Shown: positions 38,360-46,844 of the stretch, piece after piece | Position numbering within the stretch: position 1 is the first letter of the stretch | How the letters are laid out: every line of letters begins with the position of its first letter | NCBI GenBank assembly: GCA_963846445.1 | Contig: CAWJWM010000014.1 | Span: 21,304-85,303 of the forward strand | DNA from: an uncultured Verrucomicrobiae bacterium | GTDB taxonomy: Bacteria > Verrucomicrobiota > Verrucomicrobiia > Limisphaerales > J093 | Length of the DNA stretch: 64,000 nucleotides | Direction: 5' to 3' | Program-made: the position numbers and the translations under genes | Notes under the pieces: generated by a model | Told to the model about the DNA's origin: nothing | Databases searched by the model: none | Seen by the model: only the letters and a program-made list of their open reading frames with translations

Positions 38360-38426
38360 ACCCGGAAATCTCACCGGTGGGGCGGTCGCGGCATGCCTGA
38401 CAGTCAGCGGGTGCGATTTCCGGGTC
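38360..38426 (+). repeat. module H (long hairpin)
   Basis: CCCGGAAATCTCACCGGTGGGGCGGTCGCGGCATGCCTGACAGTCAGCGGGTGCGATTTCCGGG. Confidence 0.75.
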
Positions 38427-38616
38427 ACAAATACAGTGAGAGGTGGTTTTTCTCGACCAGCGCAATCACCGAAATGCCGTGCCCATGAGCGCTGGTCATT
38501 CCTCCAAGCGTCCTTCGGATTGCCGCGTGTGGTAGCATGGCCTCGTCATGGACAAGATTCAGAACACGATTGACGAAGCCTATTTTTCGCTGGCCAACGA
38601 GGCCATTCCACTCCGG

Positions 38617-40691
38617 CTACTGCATCGCTTCCAAACAGTCCACCGGCAGCGTGGTCCCGCTCAGGCCCGTCACCACCAGGGCATGGAAACCGTCGCCGAT
38701 GCGCTCCGCTCGAGCACCGGCGCCGAAGCCGCTGCCGGACCGGACAGGTCGATCTCGCCCAAAGGAACGCCGTCCAGCTTGACGGCGACACGCCCGAACT
38801 CCGGTCCCCTCGGGAGCCAGAGGCGAAAGCCGCTGCCGCGGATGTTCCACTTCACCCGCTCGCGCGGGTTCTTGCAGAGCGCCCCGGTCCCAAAGCGCCA
38901 TTGGGAGCCGTCGGTCTTCTCGTAGGCGCCCTCGGCAACGCCCGCACCCGAGATCGCCTCGCTCGATAGCCACGTATGGACCGCAGGCTGCGGCGATCCC
39001 GTGACCTCCAGTTTGTCGACCGTCAGGTGCGTCCCCGGCTCGAGCAACAGCCCGATCGCCCCGGTCTCAGACGGGACGGCCCCCGACCAAACCGGCTGGC
39101 CCGAGATCGTCACAGCGGTCCGGTCCGCAGCGACCTCGATTCTGACGGCGCGCCGATCCTCAGGTGCAAGCGCGCCCTCAGCCACGACGGCGGCGTCGGG
39201 CGTCTTGCCTGCCTCGACCAGTCGCCACCGATCTCGAGTGAGCTCGAGGGCACGGTGGCGCGTCCAGCAGAGCGGGTGCGGTCGTCCGTCAGCGCGTCCT
39301 TCGGCGCCCAGCGGCATCTGACACGCCCACGCCAGGCGCGCCGTGCCGGAGCGCAGGACAACCTCCGCTGCCAGATCGAACGCGGCGTACGCGACGCGGG
39401 TGAGGCTGAGGGCGCGCCCGCCGTGCGCCGTGATGGTGAGATCGGACTTCCGCAACGGCTGCGTCCACGGACGCGACGCGGAGCCGATGGTTCCGACGCC
39501 GCCCTCGATGTGACGAGACGGGTAGAGCACGCGCATCGTGCCGTCGGTGTCGATGCGCGCGGCCAGCGTTTGGCCCCAAATCCCGTAGCCCTCGTGAGGC
39601 ACAGGCTCTGCGTGCCAGACGGACCCGTGCTGCCACAACTCCCATGCGTCGGGATCGAGCGCATGTTCGATCGGCGCGCGGAAGATGGCCTGGAAGTTCC
39701 GATTCAGCCCCACCGACGTACGCGGGTCGTAGACATAACCGGCGTGGGCGAACGCCGGAAAAGCCTCGATAGGCGACGGATAGTAGCGATCCCCTTCGAG
39801 ATCGGTGATGACGACCGGTTTGGACCATGTCCCGAGCGGGTCTGTGGCCCTCATGCCGATCTGGCCCCACGCGTAGTGCGCGCCCGAGTCCAGGTCGGAG
39901 ATCACAAGCCAGTCATTGGCGCGGCGGACCATCGAGCTGGCGTAGACGCGGCGATAGCGTGAGCCGGGCCCGGCCAGCCTCTGCCACTCCGAAGTCCGCA
40001 GGATAGGGCGCGGGCTCCGGTGGAACGGGCCCTCGGGCTTGTCGGCCCAGGCGTAGGCCACCCCGCTGTCGGCTCCACCGCTGGGAGTCGACGCATTGGC
40101 CCAGGTGGTGTTGGACGTGCACCAGTCGTAGGCCATGTGATACCGGTCATCGTGGTACACCACGCACACGTCCGGCGCGATGGAGGCGGGGTAGGCGTCG
40201 CCTTCGAACCGGAAGCCTGAATCGTCGAAAACGGGTCCCACCTGTTTCCAGGTCTGACCCTGATCGACCGAGCGGAAGACCCTGCAGTGCGTGGGCTCAC
40301 CCTGCGGCACAAGGGCGTAGCCTTCGTAGTAGAAGCCGACGTAGGCGTACCAGCGGTTCGACACCGGATCGATCAGCAACGACACGTTGACGGGCCATTG
40401 GAACGGCGCGGCTCCCTTGACGAAGGGGTTGCCATCCGCCCGCCGGAACGAATCGAACGAAGGGTCGCCCAGGATCGGGTGCCGCATCCAGGCGTCGGCG
40501 TTCGCGGCCTGCGCGAAGTCGAGGGCGGTCGTTTGCATCGGCGGCTGCTTCCACAGAGGCGGCCACTGCGGCACGACGACGCCGGTCTTCGTCCCCGCGC
40601 CCGTCGCTGGCAGCACCGCCGCCGCGCAGACCGCGGCAGCCAGGATGCCGAGCGATGCGCGCCTCCAGCCAACCCAGAATCTCGTCGTCAT
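38617..40691 (-). pseudogene. large secreted protein of unknown function (possible beta-propeller glycosidase-like N-terminus, lectin-like C-terminus); probable 1-nt deletion-type frameshift near 38705; GTG 40706 is an alternative start
   Basis: ORF 38670..40706 with signal peptide ASLGILAAAVCAAAVLPATG. The tail ..APVLER continues more plausibly in another frame as IGDGFHALVVTGLSGTTLPVDCLEAMQ, ending at 38617. The 5' UTR and first codons derive from module A. Confidence 0.6.
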
Positions 40692-40745
40692 GAAGAAGCC
40701 TTTCACTGTCTCGCCCCTGTCTCCCGCGCCTCGCTCTCTGGAGTG
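40689..40745 (+). repeat. module A fragment serving as 5' UTR and start codon of the minus-strand gene 38617..40691
   Basis: The minus strand reads AGCGAGGCGCGGGAGACAGGGGCGAGACAGTGAAAGGCTTCTTCATGACGACGAGATTCTGGG. This aligns with module A AGCGAGGCGCGGGAGAGAAGGACAGGAAAGCGAAAGGGCAGTTCATGATGTCGAAGATTGGG. Confidence 0.7.
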
Positions 40746-40747
40746 AC

Positions 40748-40811
40748 CCTCTTTTGAGATCTGTTGTCAATGAGTCAAGCTTTTGCGCTGCGCCGCGGCG
40801 CCCGTTACGGG
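40748..40811 (+). repeat. module X (its TTGAC-containing strand faces gene 38617..40691)
   Basis: CTGGAGTGACCCTCTTTTGAGATCTGTTGTCAATGAGTCAAGCTTTTGCGCTGCGCCGCGGCGC. Confidence 0.8.
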
Positions 40812-40961
40812 GTTCGGGGTCGGACCGCCGGAACCTGTTCTGGTTTGAGCCCGCACTTCAGACCACGCTTGCCGGGGGGCGGTCCAATTGGCAACGTCAA
40901 GCTTCGTGAAGCCGAACCACAAGTCTTTCGTTTCCCCCGGCTTTTTCCAGGCACAGGAGCT

Positions 40962-42932
40962 ATGAGCACGCATGCCATTGTTGTATGGGCAGGGTTCTTG
41001 GTGGGCGCGTCCATCGCCGAGGCGCAACTGGCGCCGCCCATTGTGAACCCGACCGGGCAGTCTCTCGACTGGGGGGACTACCGGATCGAGGTGAACCAGT
41101 ACGGCGATCTGGGCCGGAACTGGCCCACGCCCGGCGAGTTTTGGAAAGGCTACGAACGGCTGAAACACAAGGCCAAGGCCAATCCTGCGCCGCCCAACAC
41201 ACTGCGCGCCCTTCTGCTTGTCATTCCGCGCGTCCAGGCGACCGCGGTCAAGCAGGTCGACGGCAAGGAGGTCGTCGTCGGACGGAAGTCGACCGAGATG
41301 ACCTCGGCCGAGATCAAGTGGAATCTCGAACAATGGCGCGCGTTCGAGGACATGGTCTACGTGTTCTCCGCCGGCAATGCCTGGCTGCGCACGGACATCA
41401 AGGTCATCGACGAACCGCTCGAGGTGGTGACGGACGAGAACTGGGAGTTTTGGGCTGGCCAGCAGCGGAAGCTGCTCGAGAAGTATCTCCCCTTCGAGCG
41501 GGGCGATTACCAGAGCTACAACTGCATTTACAATTCAAAAGGCCTGAACGCCAACCCGCACGGCGGCACCATCGGCGCCGTCGGCGGCATCAAGGGCTGC
41601 GGCACCTCTGACAACGCGTTCTACGGCGGCGGCCCCTCCATTGACGAACGAAGCGGGTACGTCGCTCTGCACGAGTGGCTCAATCAGCAGTGCTCTGCCA
41701 CCAGCAACATGATGCCTTACCCCGACGGCGAGGCCCTCTGGAACAACTACGTCCTCCACCTGATGGGTTATCGCGAAGACACGCAGCTCAATGCCTGGCC
41801 CTGGATCAGCCACCGTCGCGACATCATGACGCAGATCATCCGCCCCACGATGTGGCGTCGGTGGAGCGCGCTGGATCCGTACGTCTCCCTCCCCCTCGGG
41901 CGATGGCTGCTGTTTGCCGGCCGCGGTCCGGAGGCCGCCCGCGCGGTCACCCAAGCGCCGGACGCAGACGGCGAACTCATCGAGCGCGATCTGGATCGCT
42001 ACGGCAAGATCAGCCTCACCGTTCAGAGCGGAGCCGAGGCGCCCGACATGCCCGCCGGCACCCTTTACTTGCGCACTTACGTCGAGGCCGACCAGGATCA
42101 GGAAGTCCGTCTGTGGACCGGTGCGGATGAACGGTTTCAGGTCTGGCTCAACGGCGTGATGATCCGCGACGGTTGGGGTTGGAACTCCTTCGACGACGAC
42201 GGCGCGCTGGTGGAAAAGGTCGCCTATCCCACACTCGAGCGGGGCATCAACACACTCGTCCTGGTCTTGCCGAACAAGGACGAGAAGGCGGAGTTCCGCC
42301 TGCGCTTCTGCCAAACCGACGGCTCGGGCCGTCCGCCGACCGGCGTGCGCGCGTTCCCTCGGCTCTCCCCAGGGCAGCGACCCGTCGCGCTGGAGGACCC
42401 GGTGCGCCACGATTTCAAGAACCCGACGTTCTTCAAGTGGGCGGAGGTCAAGGACGATCCCTGGCTCCAGTTGCCGCGGTTGGATGAGGCCGCCTTGCGG
42501 GATCTGACGGGGATTGAATCGCTGACCATCAAGACCGACGGCACGCCCTGGACCGCCCCCGACGGGACAGAGTACAACCCGCCAGGTCAACATCTCTTCC
42601 TCGATGTCCCGGAGACGGCGGTCGCGTCCCCCTGGGTTCGCGAGCCCCAGGAGAACAGCGCCGCGCTGAACAACGATCTGGACTTCAATTGGAAATCGAT
42701 GGCGTGGCTGCGGCTCGAGGATCGGATGGAACCCAGAGATTTGGTGCTCGTCCGGTTCGACATCGCGGAGCCGCTGTTGCACCTGCTGATGACGCGGGGC
42801 CGACCGGCGCACGAGAGCCTGGTGGGTTGGCTCCTGGTGAACCACAAACTGGCCTACGTGACTCTGGTGAACCTGGACTTCGATCGAGGACCCCGGCGAG
42901 CAGTCGAACTGCTGGCGCAGCAGCCGAGATAG
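40962..42932 (+). CDS. secreted hypothetical protein (656 aa)
   Basis: ATG preceded by AGGAGC. Signal peptide MSTHAIVVWAGFLVGASIAEA. No family recognised. Confidence 0.7.
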   Translation: MSTHAIVVWAGFLVGASIAEAQLAPPIVNPTGQSLDWGDYRIEVNQYGDLGRNWPTPGEFWKGYERLKHKAKANPAPPNTLRALLLVIPRVQATAVKQVDGKEVVVGRKSTEMTSAEIKWNLEQWRAFEDMVYVFSAGNAWLRTDIKVIDEPLEVVTDENWEFWAGQQRKLLEKYLPFERGDYQSYNCIYNSKGLNANPHGGTIGAVGGIKGCGTSDNAFYGGGPSIDERSGYVALHEWLNQQCSATSNMMPYPDGEALWNNYVLHLMGYREDTQLNAWPWISHRRDIMTQIIRPTMWRRWSALDPYVSLPLGRWLLFAGRGPEAARAVTQAPDADGELIERDLDRYGKISLTVQSGAEAPDMPAGTLYLRTYVEADQDQEVRLWTGADERFQVWLNGVMIRDGWGWNSFDDDGALVEKVAYPTLERGINTLVLVLPNKDEKAEFRLRFCQTDGSGRPPTGVRAFPRLSPGQRPVALEDPVRHDFKNPTFFKWAEVKDDPWLQLPRLDEAALRDLTGIESLTIKTDGTPWTAPDGTEYNPPGQHLFLDVPETAVASPWVREPQENSAALNNDLDFNWKSMAWLRLEDRMEPRDLVLVRFDIAEPLLHLLMTRGRPAHESLVGWLLVNHKLAYVTLVNLDFDRGPRRAVELLAQQPR

Positions 42933-42959
42933 CGACATGGTCCGGACGGAGTGCGGGGG

Positions 42960-44765
42960 CTATTCGGTCGCGATCCAGCGCGTGTAGGCACGTTCGCCCA
43001 GATACTCGTAACCGCGGTTCTCGTCCGAGGTGCCGGCGAGCAATGCGTGCATGAGACCGTTGCGCTCGACGAGGACCGTGTGGAGGATTCTGCGCTCCGG
43101 GTTTTCTTGCAGGAGGAATTGGACGCGCCCTCCCAGAGCAGAGTGGAGGTGGAGACCGGCGGCGTTGGTCCGACTGCTGATCGCGAAGGACGCGCGGAGT
43201 GCGGCGAGCATCGCGTGGCTGCGTCCCCATGTGCCTCCCTCGGGGCTGACGAAGGGTTTCCCGTCGAGCAGCGCAACGGCGTCGTTGTAGGCGAAGACGC
43301 AGAGACACCGCCGATCGCCGGTGTCGAGCCATCGGGCGAGCTTTGTGGCGTGGCCGCGCGCGGCGTCGAAGGCGTAGGTGCTGTCGAGAAACGCGATTCG
43401 CACGACGTCGCTGGGGATCTCATCGAGGGCGTTGAGGTAGCCGAAAGTCAGGCTTCCACCGCCGCTGTGGCCGGTGAGGACCAGCTCGAGTTGGTGATTC
43501 GGAAGAACTCGCTTCACGCGGGCGATCAGGTCCGGGATGGCGTGATCGCCGTGCTGATGGCGCCAGGCAGGCCAGCTTCTGGTATTGGCTTCGAGGTAAG
43601 CGATGACCACTGTGTGGTTCGTAGCGAGCGCACGCAGGAACCGTACTTGCGCGCCGATGTGCTGAGCGTCGAAGCGCCAGTCGTCGCCGGGCCGGGGCGC
43701 GCGTCCGATGGTTTGGGCCGTGGTATTGCCGTTGGGCAGGGCGTACAGGACCAGCAGGACCGGTTTATCTGGGGGGAAGTCCTCCACACCTGGAGCGTTG
43801 AGATGCACTGTCACGCCGGGATCGAGCGCGACATCGGCGGTCTGTTCGCCGAAGGCGCCGGTGGGGTTGAATTCCACTGCGGTTGTGGGCGAGCGATGGT
43901 CTCGATCGGGCAGCGGTGCCGGCGGATTGGTCGCATAGCGCGATTGGGCGAGCGCGCCTTCATCGCTCAACAGGCCGGCCAGGCTGGGGTCGGCGAGGAC
44001 CTGGGCCACGGACGCAGTCGAGCCGTTGACTTGCAGCGTTTGCTGCACGAGCCGCACACCGTGGCTGTAATCCACCCAGTTGACGGTGTGGCCAGAGTAG
44101 AGCGGCTGGATCGCGACTCCGTTGGTTTGATGCCAGCCGTAGATGGCGACCTTGTGTGGCGTCCGAGCGAGTCCCGCGGAAACCACGACATCCTTCTTGT
44201 GGCCTGCGACGAGGGAACCCAGCGGCTGGGTTGCCAGCCAGGCCAGCCGCTGGGTTCGAACGACATCGTTGTGTGCGACGAACACGGGCACGGTTGTCAT
44301 GGCTGGACTGGGAGGAATCGGGGCCGGCGGGAGTTGGACTTTCGCCGCGGCGTGGATCGCATCTGTCATCTTCCGCGTGGGGAGGCAACAGCCGAGTTGG
44401 TCAACGAGGTGTTGGGCGGTCATGGGGGTCAGCGGCACGAGAAGCGCGTCGTCGTTCGAGCCCACGCAGAGGTATTCCGGAGCGGCAAAGAACGTGGCAC
44501 GATTCGTCCGCCCGTCGGCGACGTTCGTGACCGTGACGGGGCAGAATCGCCGCAGGAAGTCAGGCACATTGCCAGAGAGGACCTGGCCCAGGATCGCCTG
44601 TTCCCGTTGCGCAGGTGCCAGCGGCTCGATGGAGCTGGCGAAGGCGTGTCCGGAAGGGGCGTGAAGGGCGCGCTCGGGCAGGACAAGCGTCTGCGCCAGG
44701 GCCAGCGGACGGACACAGAAAACGAGGGTGCCGAGCGCGAACCAAGCGAGGCGCGCCTCGACCAA
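42960..44765 (-). CDS. secreted hypothetical protein with C-terminal alpha/beta-hydrolase-like region (GHSGGG elbow)
   Basis: 601-aa ORF with signal LAWFALGTLVFCVRPLALA. The TTG start at 44765 lies inside a module A copy. The ATGATG at 44785 could be the real start if one base is missing near 44755. Confidence 0.7.
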   Translation of the reverse strand: MVEARLAWFALGTLVFCVRPLALAQTLVLPERALHAPSGHAFASSIEPLAPAQREQAILGQVLSGNVPDFLRRFCPVTVTNVADGRTNRATFFAAPEYLCVGSNDDALLVPLTPMTAQHLVDQLGCCLPTRKMTDAIHAAAKVQLPPAPIPPSPAMTTVPVFVAHNDVVRTQRLAWLATQPLGSLVAGHKKDVVVSAGLARTPHKVAIYGWHQTNGVAIQPLYSGHTVNWVDYSHGVRLVQQTLQVNGSTASVAQVLADPSLAGLLSDEGALAQSRYATNPPAPLPDRDHRSPTTAVEFNPTGAFGEQTADVALDPGVTVHLNAPGVEDFPPDKPVLLVLYALPNGNTTAQTIGRAPRPGDDWRFDAQHIGAQVRFLRALATNHTVVIAYLEANTRSWPAWRHQHGDHAIPDLIARVKRVLPNHQLELVLTGHSGGGSLTFGYLNALDEIPSDVVRIAFLDSTYAFDAARGHATKLARWLDTGDRRCLCVFAYNDAVALLDGKPFVSPEGGTWGRSHAMLAALRASFAISSRTNAAGLHLHSALGGRVQFLLQENPERRILHTVLVERNGLMHALLAGTSDENRGYEYLGERAYTRWIATE

Positions 44766-44825
44766 AACCCAATCTTCGACATCATGAACCGCCCTTTCGT
44801 TTTCCTGCCCTCCTCGCGCCTCGCC
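44745..44825 (+). repeat. module A (81 nt) overlapping the 5' end of gene 42960..44765
   Basis: AGCGAGGCGCGCCTCGACCAAAACCCAATCTTCGACATCATGAACCGCCCTTTCGTTTTCCTGCCCTCCTCGCGCCTCGCC. Confidence 0.8.
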
Positions 44826-45060
44826 AGCCCGGATTTCTCACCACGGGGAAGATGACAACGAAATCCGGGCTGTGGCAAAACCGCGCCGCACAGGGGAAAA
44901 TGAGGTTCAGAGCGCTCCCGAATCCTCCCGGGTGCAGCGACACTCTGTTGCCCAGTTCCCTCCATCCACTCGGGCGCGGTTTTGCTTTTCTAACCTGCAT
45001 GTTGACTTCCTTTGAGGACTCCGGCTTCGCGGTGGAAAAAGTGGTGAGAAATGCAGGCTA
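44826..45060 (+). repeat. module D copy 2 (~235 nt)
   Basis: See copy 1. The 3' hairpin is CCTGCAT...ATGCAGG here, versus GCGCGCAT...ATGCGCGC in copy 1. Confidence 0.75.
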
Positions 45061-45789
45061 GAACAGCGTCGGAAAGACCTGGATCAGGTCCTCGATGTTC
45101 GTCGCGGTCGCGAGGAGAAAGCGCGCCTCGAACTCGGCGTGGAAATCGCGCTCGAGGCCGGCGGTCTCCGGCGGAGCGCCGGGACGGTTCAGCACGGCGG
45201 CGACGATCTTGCCGGAGGCGAACGCGGCGACGATCGCATTCGCGTCGCCGACCAGACGGAGGTCCGGAAGCAGGAGGGCGATTCGCGGCGTGGGCCGGCG
45301 CCAGGATTCGAGGGCCTGCACCCCCGCGGGCAGACCGATCACGCTCACCCAAAGACCGGCGTCCGGGTGCTTCGACGCCAGTGCGTCCCAGGCGCCTTCC
45401 ACCGTCATGAAACTCAGCGGCGTGGTCACGTCCGGCGGCAGCGGGACGGACGCCGGGTTCTGTCGCGCAGCGGGGCTCAGTTCGGGGTAATCGACGCCGG
45501 CCAGGCGGATCCGATCGCCCCAACCGTCCTTCAACCCCCGGATGGCGGCCTCCTCGAAGGCGCGGACTTCCGGGGGTTGGCCAGGCATCCGGCCGAAGGG
45601 ATTGGCGACGATGAGCGCCGTTTGGCCGGGGGTCTGTTGGGCCACGTATTCGCCCAGGACGCGCAAGGCAATTTCGCGCCGGTCCAGCGCGCGCCCGCGC
45701 ACGACCCGGTCCTGGGTGCGGAACATGCGCCAACCCATGACGGCGGCGGCAACGAGAAGAACCGCGACAAGAACAGGTTTAGCCTTCAT
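45058..45789 (-). CDS. membrane-anchored periplasmic hypothetical protein (possibly substrate-binding-like)
   Basis: ATG at 45789 with N-terminal anchor MKAKPVLVAVLLVAAAVMGW. 243 aa. Confidence 0.6.
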   Translation of the reverse strand: MKAKPVLVAVLLVAAAVMGWRMFRTQDRVVRGRALDRREIALRVLGEYVAQQTPGQTALIVANPFGRMPGQPPEVRAFEEAAIRGLKDGWGDRIRLAGVDYPELSPAARQNPASVPLPPDVTTPLSFMTVEGAWDALASKHPDAGLWVSVIGLPAGVQALESWRRPTPRIALLLPDLRLVGDANAIVAAFASGKIVAAVLNRPGAPPETAGLERDFHAEFEARFLLATATNIEDLIQVFPTLF

Positions 45790-45834
45790 GGAACCGGCTG
45801 ACGGAGTATGGGAAATGCCTTTTCGGGAATGCTG

Positions 45835-45916
45835 AGCGAGGCTTCGCCTCAGACCGAGGTGGAGCGTGAACAACTCGTCTGCGCTGGGCGGCCACCACGA
45901 TCACCGGCGTCCGACG
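45835..45916 (+). repeat. module F (3' terminus missing)
   Basis: AGCGAGGCTTCGCCTCAGACCGAGGTGGAGCGTGAACAACTCGTCTGCGCTGGGCGGCCACCACGATCACCGGCGTCCGACG. Confidence 0.75.
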
Positions 45917-46026
45917 GGAGCAGGATGGTCTGCCTGCCGAAGCCTCCGCCGTCGCACGTGTTTCGGCGGACAGGCGGGCGCGGGCAGGGGGTGAGGGGGC
46001 AGTTCATGGGGCGCGCGTGATCCGTT

Positions 46027-46683
46027 TCAGCCGCCACCGCCGAAGTAACCGGGAATGGTGTCGGCTTCGAACAGGGCGGTGATGCCCAGGCTTTGGAGGC
46101 GCTTGCGATTGCAACTCTCGACGTGCCCATCGAGGAATAGGCCATTGGCCTTTTGCGTGTGGCGGGCGTGGACTTCGTTCTCGCTGGCGGCGCGGAAGAA
46201 GTAGAATTGCTGGGACCCGAATCCCTGGCGCCCGCGACTTGTGGTGTCCGCCACGTGCAAGTATTCGAGCGGATTGAGGACGCTGTCGATGTGGAGGAAT
46301 TCGCCGAACGAGCCGCGGGTGTAATTGGTGGGCGGATCGAGGCGCACGCCGTAGGTGCGAAACCAGTTTGTGATCTTCGGCGGCGGGTAGGTCGGGCACA
46401 GGAACAGCTCGAACGGACGCAGATTCTCGTTGGTGCTCAGCAACGAGGCCCACGTGGCGCTCGGGTCCAGAGGCACATTGATCGGCACCAGCCCGGCGTT
46501 GTCCTGGGCGTAAGCGATTGTGGCCAAACCGATCTGTTTGAGATTGTTGACGCACTGGATCTGCTTGGCGCGCCCCTTCGCGTTGCTCAGTGCGGGCAAC
46601 AACAAACTGGCGAGGATCCCAATAATGGCGATCACCACAAGGAGTTCAATCAGGGTGAACCCCGTTGGAATTCGGCGGCGCAT
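46027..46683 (-). CDS. prepilin-type N-terminal cleavage/methylation domain protein with C-terminal H-X9-DG motif (pseudopilin-like)
   Basis: [32 protein letters not shown], and the C-terminal [13 protein letters not shown]. Confidence 0.85.
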   Translation of the reverse strand: MRRRIPTGFTLIELLVVIAIIGILASLLLPALSNAKGRAKQIQCVNNLKQIGLATIAYAQDNAGLVPINVPLDPSATWASLLSTNENLRPFELFLCPTYPPPKITNWFRTYGVRLDPPTNYTRGSFGEFLHIDSVLNPLEYLHVADTTSRGRQGFGSQQFYFFRAASENEVHARHTQKANGLFLDGHVESCNRKRLQSLGITALFEADTIPGYFGGGG

Positions 46684-46726
46684 GAAGTCCTTCCGTCTCT
46701 GTCCGACTCGAACGCGTTGATAGTCT

Positions 46727-46761
46727 GTGATCCGTGATGCGTGATGCGTGATCCGTGATCC
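46727..46761. repeat. 5 x 7-nt tandem repeat GTGATSC (plus a degenerate sixth unit to 46768) in a divergent promoter region
   Basis: GTGATCC GTGATGC GTGATGC GTGATCC GTGATCC ATGACCT. Confidence 0.85.
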
Positions 46762-46844
46762 ATGACCTGCATTTGTGTTTTGGCTCGCCACGCGCATTGG
46801 TCTCTCTAGCATATCGCAGGCCATGACCGGGTCAATCCATAGCC

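Noticed and set aside
38429-38616. The hairpin GACCAGCGC...GCGCTGGTC (about 38450-38495) as an intrinsic terminator for the upstream minus-strand gene.
   Set aside because: The loop is ~27 nt, and on the transcribed strand the stem is followed by an A-rich rather than U-rich tract. There is not enough evidence to call a terminator.
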